A stretch of DNA of 56,290 nt from an uncultured Flavobacteriales bacterium (GTDB taxonomy: Bacteria > Bacteroidota > Bacteroidia > Flavobacteriales_E > Vicingaceae). The notes beneath the pieces are model-generated. The model was not told where the DNA came from. It did no database searches and saw only the letters and a list, made by a program, of their open reading frames with translations. The stretch spans positions 1 through 56,290 of the forward strand of contig CAZKFN010000003.1 in the NCBI GenBank assembly GCA_964552035.1, read 5' to 3'. Shown piece after piece: positions 17,041 through 26,700 of this stretch (its first letter is position 1; each line of letters opens with the position of its first letter). Made by a program: the position numbers and the translations under genes.

Positions 17041-18606
17041 ATGAATGAGTTAAAATTAAAGTTAGTTGCTATCTTTTTTTTATTTTTATTTGGTGTTTCT
17101 GTTTATGCACAATTAACTGCTGAGCAAATTGACAGTGTTGTAGAAAAAAGTATGAGGGTTTTTAATGTTCCAGGAATGGCGGTAGCAGTTATAGATCATG
17201 AGAAATTAATTATAAATAAGGCTTATGGTGTTCAATCTGTTAAAACTAAAAAGCCCGTAGATAATAAAACATTATTTGGAATTGCCTCTGTTACCAAGGG
17301 ATTTACTACAGCAGCTTTAGCCCAATTGGTGGATCAAGGGAAAATAGAGTGGGATACTAAAGTGAGGACTATCATTCCTAACTTTACTTTGTATTCTCCC
17401 TTTGTTTCAGAAGAATTTACGGTTAGAGATTTACTGGTTCATCGTAGTGGCTTAGGTCTAGGAGCGGGAGATTTAATGGTTTTTCCAGGAAAAAATACAA
17501 CTACCCTCGAAGAGATGATTCACAACCTAAGGTATTTAAAACCGGTTTCTTCTTTTCGATCTAAATACGATTACGACAACCTACTATATATTGTAGCTGG
17601 TGAAATTATCACTAGAGTCTCGGGTATAAGTTATAGAGAATACATAGAAAATAATTTCTTTAAACCCCTAGGGATGGTGCGAGCAACTATGGATTGGGAA
17701 AAGATTCAAAAAGATAAAAATCGCATTGACGGACATGTTCCTGAAGGGGATAAGTTGTTAATTGCAGAAAGAACTTTTACAGATATAGGAGATGCCGCTG
17801 CAGGGATATATGCATCTATAGATGATATGGTTAAATATGTTCAAGCTAGAATAAATTATGGGAAATATGGGAAAAACAATCAAGATAGCTTATTTAGCTT
17901 AAAACAAGCAGAAGAAATGTGGAGCCCTCAGACTGTACAAAAATTTGGTAAGGGAGACTATAATTCTCGTTTTACCACTTATGGACTAGGCTGGGTTGTA
18001 TCTGAAATGGCTGGACATTTCCAAGTTTCTCATACAGGAGGATTGAATGGTATTGTGTGTGAGGTAATCATCCTACCTGATTTAGAAGTGGGAATAATTA
18101 TTTTGACTAATCAGGAGTCAGGTGCTGCATTTAGAGCAATTTCAAATACAATAAAAGATGCGTATTTTGGTATAGAAGGTGAGGATAGAATTAAGCAATA
18201 TCACGATAGAGTAATTAAAAATAAAGAATACGAAGCTAAGGTTATCGCCAACGTACAAGCAGAAATGGAAAAAAGCTTAGCTGAAGGATTGCTACCATTA
18301 GCCGATAAAGCCGTTGTGGGAACTTATGAAGACAATTGGTTTGGTAAAGTAGAAATAACTAGACTGGCTGATAATACTTTAGAATTTAAAGCTGAAAAAA
18401 GTCCTGACCTTGTTGGGGAAATGGAGTTTTGTAAGGGAACTACTTATGTGGTACGTTGGAATCAGCGTTGGTTAAGAGCAGATGCTTTGGTGAACTTTGA
18501 CCTTAATTATAATGGAATAGCCAGAGGGTTTGAAATGGCACCATTATCTCCACTCACTGATTTCAGTTATGATTACCAAGATTTAGACTTTAAGAAAATC
18601 GAATAA
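17041..18606 (+). CDS. serine hydrolase, beta-lactamase/PBP (class C-like) family with C-terminal extra domain
   Basis: Signal peptide, SVTK (SxxK), YDN-type (YDYDN) and HTG motifs. The ORF-track start at 17038 is TTG, and the adjacent ATG at 17041 is preferred. Confidence 0.8.
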   Translation: MNELKLKLVAIFFLFLFGVSVYAQLTAEQIDSVVEKSMRVFNVPGMAVAVIDHEKLIINKAYGVQSVKTKKPVDNKTLFGIASVTKGFTTAALAQLVDQGKIEWDTKVRTIIPNFTLYSPFVSEEFTVRDLLVHRSGLGLGAGDLMVFPGKNTTTLEEMIHNLRYLKPVSSFRSKYDYDNLLYIVAGEIITRVSGISYREYIENNFFKPLGMVRATMDWEKIQKDKNRIDGHVPEGDKLLIAERTFTDIGDAAAGIYASIDDMVKYVQARINYGKYGKNNQDSLFSLKQAEEMWSPQTVQKFGKGDYNSRFTTYGLGWVVSEMAGHFQVSHTGGLNGIVCEVIILPDLEVGIIILTNQESGAAFRAISNTIKDAYFGIEGEDRIKQYHDRVIKNKEYEAKVIANVQAEMEKSLAEGLLPLADKAVVGTYEDNWFGKVEITRLADNTLEFKAEKSPDLVGEMEFCKGTTYVVRWNQRWLRADALVNFDLNYNGIARGFEMAPLSPLTDFSYDYQDLDFKKIE

Positions 18607-18607
18607 A

Positions 18608-19117
18608 TTAACTCTTGGCAATTTCGTCAAAATCATAGCCCGCCCTAGCTAAAGTTCTTTTTGTTACTTCAAGTGCATATTCTGCTTCATTGTGAGGATG
18701 AACAGGAACTTCGGTTATTTTTTCTAATTTATCTATTATTTCAGCAGTTTCTGCTTGGGTCAACTTTTCTAAAACCTCATATAAGCCTCCCTCTTTCTCT
18801 TCGGCAAAATCATGTACATCCATGACGTGACTTAAAACTTTAATAAGCTCGGGAGTTGGAGGGTTTACCATAAGAGAAGTCAAAGCACCATGTTCTAGCC
18901 TAAATTGTTTAACCATTGGAAGATGCTTACCTCCATTGGCTTTTTTAGCATATGGGAAGAGAATGTTTTCCTCCATTTTAATATGTGTTAATAGACCTAC
19001 TCTAAATTGATGATATACTTCTTTAAGTACATTTTTGGGATCTGCAGTTGCCCGGCTAAATAATTCTTCAATTCTTCTATGATCCTTGGAAAGAAAATTA
19101 TATATAGGAGTGCTCAT
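18608..19117 (-). CDS. hemerythrin-like (HHE cation-binding) domain protein
   Basis: 169 aa with DHRRIEELF, HIKMEENILFP, LEHG and DVHDFAEE, His/Glu-rich helices typical of hemerythrin-like domains. Confidence 0.65.
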   Translation of the reverse strand: MSTPIYNFLSKDHRRIEELFSRATADPKNVLKEVYHQFRVGLLTHIKMEENILFPYAKKANGGKHLPMVKQFRLEHGALTSLMVNPPTPELIKVLSHVMDVHDFAEEKEGGLYEVLEKLTQAETAEIIDKLEKITEVPVHPHNEAEYALEVTKRTLARAGYDFDEIAKS

Positions 19118-19150
19118 TATTCTATATTCTAAGTAAGATTGATTTTTTCA

Positions 19151-19158
19151 CAAACTTA
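19151..19158 (-). promoter_or_regulatory. candidate -7 promoter box (TAAGTTTG) for the hemerythrin-like gene
   Basis: Minus-strand TAnnTTTG match, 33 nt upstream of the ATG at 19117. Confidence 0.3.
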
Positions 19159-19357
19159 AGTGTAAAATAAAGATTTTAAGAATGTACTTATTGACTTCAT
19201 TTTATACAACTTAAAAAGTCTAGTATATTTGCTGGTCGAATTTAAAGCGATGATAGAGGGAAGCCAGAAAGAAGAAAGCCAAATTGAGTGTGAAGTCGAA
19301 AAAACTACTCCAAAGAGTAAAGGAAGTTCAAGAAAACAACCTGCTTTTTTTAACCAC

Positions 19358-19477
19358 ATGAAACATTCACGCTTCTTATTAATCAAAGCATTGTATTATC
19401 TTTTCTATTCCGTTTGGATGGTTGTTGTAGTTATAGGTTTGGCATTAGTATGGATTCTTTCTTGGCTGTTGATATGA
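19358..19477 (+). CDS. possible 39-aa single-pass membrane peptide
   Basis: ATG at 19358 (MKHSRFLLIKALYYLFYSVWMVVVVIGLALVWILSWLLI). Its stop overlaps the next ATG (ATGA). Support is composition only. Confidence 0.3.
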   Translation: MKHSRFLLIKALYYLFYSVWMVVVVIGLALVWILSWLLI

Positions 19478-19887
19478 GAAAATTCCCTCTAGCTGTATTG
19501 CATACTTATTTTGTATTTTCTTTACTAATAGGAATAGCTGTTCTTTTTTTAAGGTATAAGGCTATAGCTGCACCAACTTGGGTTTATAGTTATCTAAATG
19601 ATTTTTTAATTATCCCTATTGTAGGGACTATTGCTTTAAATGCAGTTTGGATTTTTAAAAAAGACAAAACCATTCGTTTAAGCCCATTTTCAATTCTTAC
19701 TTTAGTGTTGATTTATAGCATATCCTTTGAATATTATTTACCCCAAATTACAAACTATTATGTAGCAGATGTCGGTGATGTTATTTGCTATGCAATGGGG
19801 GGAGTTGTCTTTTATATTTTACAAAAAATAGAAAGAGGGAAATACACATTTAGCTTTTTACGGAGCCGGGGTAATCATAATATGTGA
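19474..19887 (+). CDS. hypothetical 4-TM membrane protein
   Basis: 137 aa from ATG 19474, with four hydrophobic spans. The ORF-track start at 19414 is a TTG lying in the previous small ORF. Confidence 0.55.
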   Translation: MRKFPLAVLHTYFVFSLLIGIAVLFLRYKAIAAPTWVYSYLNDFLIIPIVGTIALNAVWIFKKDKTIRLSPFSILTLVLIYSISFEYYLPQITNYYVADVGDVICYAMGGVVFYILQKIERGKYTFSFLRSRGNHNM

Positions 19888-20457
19888 ACGATGAGTGTTG
19901 GGATCCATTAGCCAAGGCATACCTGGTTCAGAAGGTCTTGTAGGTAATCCAGTTTCTTCTGCTGTCATATAAGGCTTGTAGAAAACATATCTCAATTTAG
20001 TATTTTCCAATTCTCCAGTTTCCATATTATAATCTTCTTCTTTAGCAGATAATACATAAACAGCTGCTGGAGTTGAGGGCATCTTTAAAATTCCATCATC
20101 AATTTCCTTTTTTCGAATTTCTCTTTTTTCCTTTTCTGATTTTCCTTCGGCAATTAAGGCTCTTCCACGTGCCATATAATCCTCCAACTCTATACTATAG
20201 CAAGCAACATTGAACCCCTTTTTATTAGGATCATCAGCTAAGCAAACAATGCCGTTGTTACCTTCTCTTAGTGTGATTAACTCTCCATTAGAATTATATC
20301 CAATCACTTTTGCATCTGCTCTATACATTTCTGGAGCAGCTAATAAAGTAGTTTCAATTTGAATAGTAGAGGAAGGAATTGGACTTTGTGCAAACGTTAG
20401 GCTAGTATTTAAGACATAAACAAAAAGCAAGCAAATAATAGAAGTATAGGTTTTCAT
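19858..20457 (-). CDS. hypothetical secreted protein
   Basis: I chose the start at ATG 20457, which gives a signal peptide (MKTYTSIICLLFVYVLNTSLTFAQ). 199 aa with no recognisable catalytic motif. Confidence 0.6.
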   Translation of the reverse strand: MKTYTSIICLLFVYVLNTSLTFAQSPIPSSTIQIETTLLAAPEMYRADAKVIGYNSNGELITLREGNNGIVCLADDPNKKGFNVACYSIELEDYMARGRALIAEGKSEKEKREIRKKEIDDGILKMPSTPAAVYVLSAKEEDYNMETGELENTKLRYVFYKPYMTAEETGLPTRPSEPGMPWLMDPNTHRSHIMITPAP

Positions 20458-20529
20458 AGGTATGTGGGTTAAAAATCTCTTTACTAAGATACAAAAACTA
20501 AGTACAACATTTAAATTATACAATGCTTA

Positions 20530-20562
20530 AAAATCAATACATAGCTAGAAAATCAATACATA
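20530..20562. repeat. 14-bp direct repeat AAAATCAATACATA x2 (period 19 bp) upstream of the secreted-protein gene
   Basis: Identical copies at 20530-20543 and 20549-20562, read directly from the sequence. Confidence 0.7.
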
Positions 20563-21731
20563 TTAACATCTGTGCGATTAAAAGTTTTTCCTGTAAAAAG
20601 CAAGGGGCTTTAAGCTTTGGCCTTAAAGGGTTGGATAAGATTATATTCGCAGAGCGGTTTTTTGTTTCATTTTTTTGCAATGAAGAGAAGAAAACATTTA
20701 CAAATTCTAAATACAAAATTCTTATATACTGAAAAAACGACAATAAAGTTTGATTAAACTTAAGGTAAGTCATAAGTATTCAGATTAATATACATTTAAA
20801 TTTGCTTAGATTTATATTGTTTTATCCGACAACAATGATTATTATTCTTAGATCATTCTTTCTATATTCTCAAGAATCTTATTTTTCAAATCCTATATAG
20901 ATAATAAAGCTACTATTTAGTATTTTATAATGTTTTTGGTGTTCAATAAAACTGCATTGTTTTTACTTTTTGATTGTATGTAGTAGCTTAAATACTTTTA
21001 CCAAAAAGTAGATTTTTCTTTAAATAAAAAACATATAAATTCCTTAAACTACTTACTTTGTTGAGAGGGCTTGTGTAGGAAGAAGTTGTAGTTAAGTCAA
21101 TACAACTAGTATTAATGCATCTTATTTTAAACGATATTTCTTTAGACAGTTAAACTCATTTTCTTGCTAGTTAGTCGAATATGCATATGGCGAATTTATA
21201 CTTTACAAACTCTATAGCCTCTATAAACAACAGCTTAAATTAAAACCGTTGCTTTGTTTTTATAAAACTAACAATTTAAGGATAAATAAAGCTCATCTAA
21301 CTAACAACAATAAAAACTGATCTGTGGTAATCCTAAAAATGAAGAAATAGTTATTCTGAAATAACCATTATTTTACTAAAAGAAGGTTGTTGAAAAGGAG
21401 TTTTCTTTAAAATTATTAATTTGTTCTTTTCAATTAAACCTTCAAACACAAGTTGAAGATTTCAAGAATTGTATAATATTCACTAAAATCAGAGAACATA
21501 TTTATTTATCTAATTGAGCAATTGGTTGCATAAAACTATGACCCAGTTCGTCATTTCATAGTTGATATAATCAATCAAGTTACAAAAACCCACTCAAATA
21601 ATTGTTATTCTTAAAAAAAACAATATATTGGTCATGGGTTTAAAAGAAAGCAGAAAATTTAACATTTTTAAAAGGCTGTCCTTTAAAGTTCATAGTTTAT
21701 CATTCTTTTATTTTACTAAATCTATACTATT

Positions 21732-22307
21732 ATGAAGACACTACAAAAATCTTTTTTGTTCTTGTTAAGCATTTTGTTTTTTATTTCCTGTGATACCCCT
21801 ATTAAAGATAAGGAGGATCTTGAGGAAGAAGTTCTTATTTCTCTAGACGCCAATGCTGAGGAGGAAAAACACGATGAAGAAAAACACATCAGTAATTTTG
21901 ATGCTTTTGAAATTGCTTATCTTAATGATGAAATGGAAGAGGTATTAATATCAGAGCAAGAACTTTTAAATTTTGTCAAAAGATGGATGAATGTTCCTTT
22001 AGAGGTGAAGGCGGAACGAATTGATGTTATTAATAACAGCCCCTATCATAAAGATGCTATCCGAATAAAGATTCCTTCACATGCTCAATTTGCTATATTT
22101 ATTGAAAACTCGAAAGTACAAGAGGGGCGATATCTATTGACTCATAAGTTTGGAAGCTGTGTATTTAATGACTGCGAAAATTGTAGTTTAAAGATAAGAG
22201 AAGAAAGTATTCATTGTACTTCTTGTGATAAGGAAGAAGCAGATTGCTTCAAAAATCAATCCAATGAAGTTGATTTTAAAGGTTTTGATGCTTTGCTTTT
22301 TAGCTGA
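21732..22307 (+). CDS. hypothetical Cys-rich lipoprotein
   Basis: Signal peptide ending in a lipobox-like FFISC, an acidic/His-rich linker, and seven Cys in the mature protein, six of them in the last ~55 aa. Confidence 0.6.
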   Translation: MKTLQKSFLFLLSILFFISCDTPIKDKEDLEEEVLISLDANAEEEKHDEEKHISNFDAFEIAYLNDEMEEVLISEQELLNFVKRWMNVPLEVKAERIDVINNSPYHKDAIRIKIPSHAQFAIFIENSKVQEGRYLLTHKFGSCVFNDCENCSLKIREESIHCTSCDKEEADCFKNQSNEVDFKGFDALLFS

Positions 22308-22532
22308 GTAGCTTAACGAATAAATGGAATTACAATTTACTTATTTGTATAGATGCATTTAATTTGCAGGCAATTATTATTTATGGCCATTTTGTTTTTA
22401 GCCTTTTAATAAATTAAACGAAGGAACAGCATGCATTTTGTTTCATATTAATCGCAAGGAAACTTTTTTTATTTAAGGATATACAATTTTGAAGCAAGCA
22501 AAATAATTATCATTCTTTTGATCAATGAAAGC

Positions 22533-22570
22533 TAGGTTAACGAAGAATAACCTATATTTTTTTTATTTTT
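22533..22570 (+). terminator. weak candidate intrinsic terminator
   Basis: TAGGTTA-acgaagaa-TAACCTA 7-bp stem followed by a T-rich run (tattttttttattttt). It lies 225 nt downstream of the lipoprotein stop. Confidence 0.35.
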
Positions 22571-22655
22571 GGACTAAATTCACACTCTCTAATCCTTTAT
22601 TGGCGGCTTTTATAGTAAAAAGTAGCAGAACAAATAAAAAAAACTATTTTGCTAC

Positions 22656-22685
22656 TTGAAATAATTAAAAAATCTTGTACATTTG
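22656..22685 (+). promoter_or_regulatory. candidate promoter of the ribosomal supercluster (-33 TTG, -7 TACATTTG)
   Basis: TTG at 22656-22658, a 19-nt spacer, then TACATTTG at 22678-22685. The rpsL ATG is 48 nt downstream. Confidence 0.4.
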
Positions 22686-22733
22686 CATCCCTAAAAAAAG
22701 GGACAAATATTATATTGATTTATTTTAGAACTT

Positions 22734-23108
22734 ATGCCAACAATACAGCAACTTGTAAGAAAAGGTAGAACCAGAATAAAAGAAACGAGCAAATCTGCTG
22801 CTTTAGACTCATGTCCACAGCGTAGAGGAGTTTGTGTACGTGTGTATACAACTACACCAAAAAAACCTAATTCAGCGATGAGAAAGGTAGCTAGGGTTCG
22901 TTTAACAAATGGTAAAGAGGTGAATGCATATATTCCTGGTGAGGGACACAATTTGCAGGAACACTCTATAGTATTAGTTCGTGGAGGTAGAGTAAAGGAT
23001 CTTCCAGGAGTAAGATACCATATTGTAAGAGGTGCTTTGGATACTGCTGGCGTTGCAGATAGAACACAAAGAAGATCAAAATATGGTGCTAAAAAACCTA
23101 AAAAATAA
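22734..23108 (+). CDS. rpsL: 30S ribosomal protein S12
   Basis: [12 protein letters not shown]...[15 protein letters not shown], canonical S12. Confidence 0.97.
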   Translation: MPTIQQLVRKGRTRIKETSKSAALDSCPQRRGVCVRVYTTTPKKPNSAMRKVARVRLTNGKEVNAYIPGEGHNLQEHSIVLVRGGRVKDLPGVRYHIVRGALDTAGVADRTQRRSKYGAKKPKK

Positions 23109-23129
23109 AATTGTTCTTAAGTAGAAAAC

Positions 23130-23597
23130 ATGAGAAAGAGTAAAGCTAAAAAAAGACCATTACTTCCAGATCCAAAATTCAAAAGTCAAGAAGTAACACG
23201 TTTCGTTAACAATTTAATGCTTGATGGTAAGAAGAGTCTAGCATACAGTATATTTTATGATGCAATAGAAATTGTATCTCAAAAAGTGGAAGAAGGTGGT
23301 TTAGATACCTGGAAAAAGGCTGTAGAAAATATTACTCCACAAGTAGAGGTAAGAAGTAGAAGAGTTGGTGGTGCAACCTTCCAGATTCCTCAACCTATTC
23401 GTGAAGATCGCAAGGTGGCAATGGGGATGAAATGGTTAATTATTTATGCTAGAAGGCGCAACGAGAAATCTATGGCTGAGAGATTAGCTGCAGAAATTAT
23501 TGCTGCTTCGAAAGAAGAAGGTGCTGCTGTAAAAAAACGTGAAGAAACACATAGAATGGCAGAAGCAAATAAGGCTTTCTCACACTTTAGGTTTTAA
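23130..23597 (+). CDS. rpsG: 30S ribosomal protein S7
   Basis: Canonical S7 sequence and its position after rpsL. Confidence 0.97.
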   Translation: MRKSKAKKRPLLPDPKFKSQEVTRFVNNLMLDGKKSLAYSIFYDAIEIVSQKVEEGGLDTWKKAVENITPQVEVRSRRVGGATFQIPQPIREDRKVAMGMKWLIIYARRRNEKSMAERLAAEIIAASKEEGAAVKKREETHRMAEANKAFSHFRF

Positions 23598-23624
23598 AAT
23601 TAGTTAGAAGGAGAATATATTATA

Positions 23625-25733
23625 ATGTCAAAAAGAGATTTAAAATACACGAGAAATATTGGAATTGCTGCACACATTGATGCGGGTAAGACCACTACTA
23701 CTGAGAGAATTTTGTTTTATTCTGGAGTAAGCCATAAGTTAGGAGAAACACACGAAGGTTCTGCAACAATGGACTGGATGGATCAGGAGCAAGAGAGAGG
23801 AATTACAATTACTTCTGCTGCTACTACTGTTTTCTGGCCTTATAAAGGAAATGAGTATCACGTAAACATTATTGACACACCAGGTCACGTTGACTTTACG
23901 GTTGAAGTTAACCGCTCTCTTCGTGTTCTTGATGGATTGGTGTTTTTGTTTTCTGCTGCTGATGGAGTAGAGCCACAATCTGAAACAAACTGGAGATTAG
24001 CTAACAACTACAATGTTGCTCGTATAGGGTTTATTAATAAAATGGACCGCCAAGGAGCAAATTTTCTAAAAGTTTGTGGGCAAGTAAAAGATATGCTTGG
24101 AAGTAATGCACTTCCACTTCAATTGCCAATTGGTGCTGAGGAAACCTTTAGAGGAGTTGTTGACTTGGTAATGAATAAGGCTTTAATCTGGAATGATGCT
24201 GACTTGGGAATGACCTATGAAGAAATAGAGATTCCTGAAGATATGAAAGCAGAAGTTGAAGAGTATAGAGAAAAATTATTAGAAGAAGTAGCCGAGTTTG
24301 ATGATACTTTAATGGAAAAGTATTTTGAAGACCCTAATTCTATTACAGAAGAAGAAATTTTAGCAGCCTTAAGAGAAGCTACAATGTCTCTTAAAGTAAC
24401 TCCAATGGTATGTGGTTCAGCATATAAAAACAAAGGAGTTCAGGCAATGCTTAACTATGTTATGGAGCTTCTACCTTCTCCTATGGATACAGAAGCTATA
24501 GAGGGTATTAATCCAGAAACTAATGAAGCCGAAGAAAGGAAGCCAGATGTTAATGAACCATTTGCAGCTTTAGCATTTAAAATTGCTACCGACCCTTTTG
24601 TTGGTCGTCTTTGTTTTGTTCGTGCTTATTCTGGAGTTTTAGAATCTGGTTCTTATGTTTATAACGCTAGAACCGGGAAGAGAGAAAGAATCTCTAGAAT
24701 TTTTCAAATGCATGCCAAAAAGCAAAATCAAATTGACACTCTTCATGCTGGTGATATTGCTGCATTAGTAGGATTTAAAGATATTAAGACAGGAGATACA
24801 TTATGTAAAGAAGGTTATCCTATAGCTTTAGAGTCTATGGATTTCCCTGATCCAGTAATTGGAATTGCTATTGAACCTAAGACTCAAGCTGATGTTGATA
24901 AATTAGGTATGGCTTTATCTAAACTTTCAGAAGAAGACCCAACCTTAACCATTCATACGGATGAAGATTCTGGTCAGACCGTGTTAAGTGGAATGGGTGA
25001 ACTACATTTAGAAGTTATTATTGATCGACTTAAGCGTGAATTTAAGGTAGAATGTAATCAAGGAGCACCTCAAGTTTCTTATAAAGAAGCTATTCAAGGA
25101 ACAGTTGAACATAAAGAAGTTTATAAGAAACAAACAGGTGGTAGAGGTAAGTTTGCTGACATTGTTGTTACAATCAGTCCTGTTGATGATCCAGAGGCTC
25201 AAGGTTTAGAGTTTGTTAACGAAATTAAGGGAGGAAACATCCCAAGAGAATATATTCCATCTGTTGAGAAAGGCTTTAAAGATTCTATGGCGAATGGAGT
25301 ATTGGCAGGTTACCCAATGGATAGCTTAAAGGTTGTATTAAAAGACGGTTCATATCATGCGGTTGACTCTGATCAACTATCGTTTGAGCTAGCAGCTAAA
25401 ATGGCTTTTAGAGCAGCTATTCCTAAGGCACAACCAATATTATTAGAACCTATTATGAAACTGGAAGTATTAACTCCGGAAGAAAATATGGGAGATATTG
25501 TCGGTGATTTAAATAAACGTAGAGGTCATGTAGAAGGAATGAGTGATCGTTCTGGATCTAAAGTTGTAAAAGCAAAAGTTCCTTTATCAGAAATGTTTGG
25601 TTACGTAACAGATTTACGTACCATTTCTTCAGGACGTGCTACATCAACCATGGAGTTCTCACATTTTGAACCGGCACCGAAAAATATTTCAGATGAAGTT
25701 ATTGCTAAGGCAAATGGTAAAATAGAAGCTTAA
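23625..25733 (+). CDS. fusA: elongation factor G
   Basis: [14 protein letters not shown] and NKMD GTPase motifs, 702 aa. Confidence 0.97.
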   Translation: MSKRDLKYTRNIGIAAHIDAGKTTTTERILFYSGVSHKLGETHEGSATMDWMDQEQERGITITSAATTVFWPYKGNEYHVNIIDTPGHVDFTVEVNRSLRVLDGLVFLFSAADGVEPQSETNWRLANNYNVARIGFINKMDRQGANFLKVCGQVKDMLGSNALPLQLPIGAEETFRGVVDLVMNKALIWNDADLGMTYEEIEIPEDMKAEVEEYREKLLEEVAEFDDTLMEKYFEDPNSITEEEILAALREATMSLKVTPMVCGSAYKNKGVQAMLNYVMELLPSPMDTEAIEGINPETNEAEERKPDVNEPFAALAFKIATDPFVGRLCFVRAYSGVLESGSYVYNARTGKRERISRIFQMHAKKQNQIDTLHAGDIAALVGFKDIKTGDTLCKEGYPIALESMDFPDPVIGIAIEPKTQADVDKLGMALSKLSEEDPTLTIHTDEDSGQTVLSGMGELHLEVIIDRLKREFKVECNQGAPQVSYKEAIQGTVEHKEVYKKQTGGRGKFADIVVTISPVDDPEAQGLEFVNEIKGGNIPREYIPSVEKGFKDSMANGVLAGYPMDSLKVVLKDGSYHAVDSDQLSFELAAKMAFRAAIPKAQPILLEPIMKLEVLTPEENMGDIVGDLNKRRGHVEGMSDRSGSKVVKAKVPLSEMFGYVTDLRTISSGRATSTMEFSHFEPAPKNISDEVIAKANGKIEA

Positions 25734-25744
25734 TATTTAAAAGC

Positions 25745-26050
25745 ATGAATCAGAAAATACGCATAAAGCTTAAGTCATACGATTATAATCTCGTAGACAA
25801 ATCAGCAGAGAAAATTGTAAAAACAGTAAAATCAACGGGTGCTGTTGTTAGTGGACCCATTCCATTACCAACGCATAAAAGAATATACACTGTTTTAAGA
25901 TCTCCACACGTTAACAAAAAAGCTAGAGAGCAATTTGAGCTTTCTTCTTATAAACGTTTATTAGACATCTACAGTTCTACAACAAAAACTGTTGATGCGC
26001 TAATGAAACTTGAGTTACCAAGTGGTGTAGATGTAGAAATTAAAGTATAA
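25745..26050 (+). CDS. rpsJ: 30S ribosomal protein S10
   Basis: Canonical S10 sequence. It follows fusA directly, with no tuf between. Confidence 0.97.
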   Translation: MNQKIRIKLKSYDYNLVDKSAEKIVKTVKSTGAVVSGPIPLPTHKRIYTVLRSPHVNKKAREQFELSSYKRLLDIYSSTTKTVDALMKLELPSGVDVEIKV

Positions 26051-26069
26051 ATTATAATATTTATTTAAA

Positions 26070-26681
26070 ATGCCAGGTTTACTAGGAAAAAAAATAGGAA
26101 TGACCAGTGTCTTCAGTGCCGAGGGAAAAAATATTCCATGCACAGTTTTGGAGGCCGGTCCTTGTGTTGTTACGCAAGTTAAAACAGTAGATTCTGATGG
26201 CTACGATGCAGTTCAGATTGCTTATGGAGAACGTAAAGAAAAACATACTTCTTCTGCTATGCAAGGGCACTTCTCAAAAGCGAAGACATCACCAAAACGT
26301 CACTTAATTGAAGTGAAAGATATGGGTGATGTTAAGCTGGGAGATGAACTAAAAGTAGACCTCTTTCAAGAAGGCGACTGGGTTGATGTAAGCGGCAAAA
26401 CAAAAGGTAAAGGATTTCAAGGATTTGTGAGAAGACATGGATTTGCTGGAAGTGAGCGTTCTCATGGACAACAAGGACAAGTACGTAAAGGAGGTTCTAT
26501 TGGAGCAGGATCTGACCCTGCTAGAATCTTTAAAGGAAAACGTATGCCAGGTCAAATGGGTAATACCAAAGTTACTATCCAAAATTTACAAGTAATTAAA
26601 GTTTATCCGGATAAAAACTTGATAGTAGTAAAAGGATCAGTACCGGGAGCTAAAGGTTCTACAATTTACATTAGAAATTAA
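26070..26681 (+). CDS. rplC: 50S ribosomal protein L3
   Basis: [10 protein letters not shown]...KGKGFQG, canonical L3. Confidence 0.97.
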   Translation: MPGLLGKKIGMTSVFSAEGKNIPCTVLEAGPCVVTQVKTVDSDGYDAVQIAYGERKEKHTSSAMQGHFSKAKTSPKRHLIEVKDMGDVKLGDELKVDLFQEGDWVDVSGKTKGKGFQGFVRRHGFAGSERSHGQQGQVRKGGSIGAGSDPARIFKGKRMPGQMGNTKVTIQNLQVIKVYPDKNLIVVKGSVPGAKGSTIYIRN

Positions 26682-26687
26682 AATACC

Positions 26688-26693
26688 GGAGGA
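26688..26693 (+). promoter_or_regulatory. canonical Shine-Dalgarno-like GGAGGA 8 nt upstream of rplD ATG
   Basis: Read directly from the 19-nt rplC-rplD spacer (aataccGGAGGAagataaaATG). Nearly all other genes in the cluster lack such a motif. Confidence 0.3.
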
Positions 26694-26700
26694 AGATAAA

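Noticed and set aside
19156-19386. 76-aa minus-strand ORF between the hemerythrin-like and membrane-protein genes
   Set aside because: It overlaps the candidate hemerythrin promoter and the + strand small ORF. It has no start context or motif support, so I kept only the + strand hydrophobic ORF, itself at low confidence.
20523-20773. Two mutually antisense ORFs (69 and 79 aa) at the left edge of the 1.27-kb gap
   Set aside because: They overlap each other almost completely. Their composition is Phe/Ile/Lys/Asn-rich, as expected from random AT-rich DNA, and they have no motifs.
21316-21345. TPP-riboswitch-like fragment (aactgatctgtggtaatcc)
   Set aside because: It only resembles the CUGAUCUGGAUAAUGC part. 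The CUGAGA element and the pairing partners are absent, and no thiamine-related gene follows.
21368-21720. 13-nt exact repeat TTATTTTACTAAA at 21368-21380 and 21708-21720
   Set aside because: In 1.3 kb of strongly AT-biased sequence, one such A/T-only 13-mer coincidence is about what chance predicts.
16344-22733. Replication origin (oriC) hypothesis, suggested by the minus-to-plus switch in gene orientation and the two long AT-rich gaps
   Set aside because: I found no perfect TTATCCACA/TGTGGATAA box and no cluster of near-matches in either gap, and no dnaA, dnaN or gidA nearby. The strand purine bias can be explained by coding-strand composition alone. It remains testable only by whole-replicon GC skew.
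22691-22951. 86-aa minus-strand ORF overlapping the start of rpsL
   Set aside because: It is antisense to a universally conserved gene and has no protein-like features.
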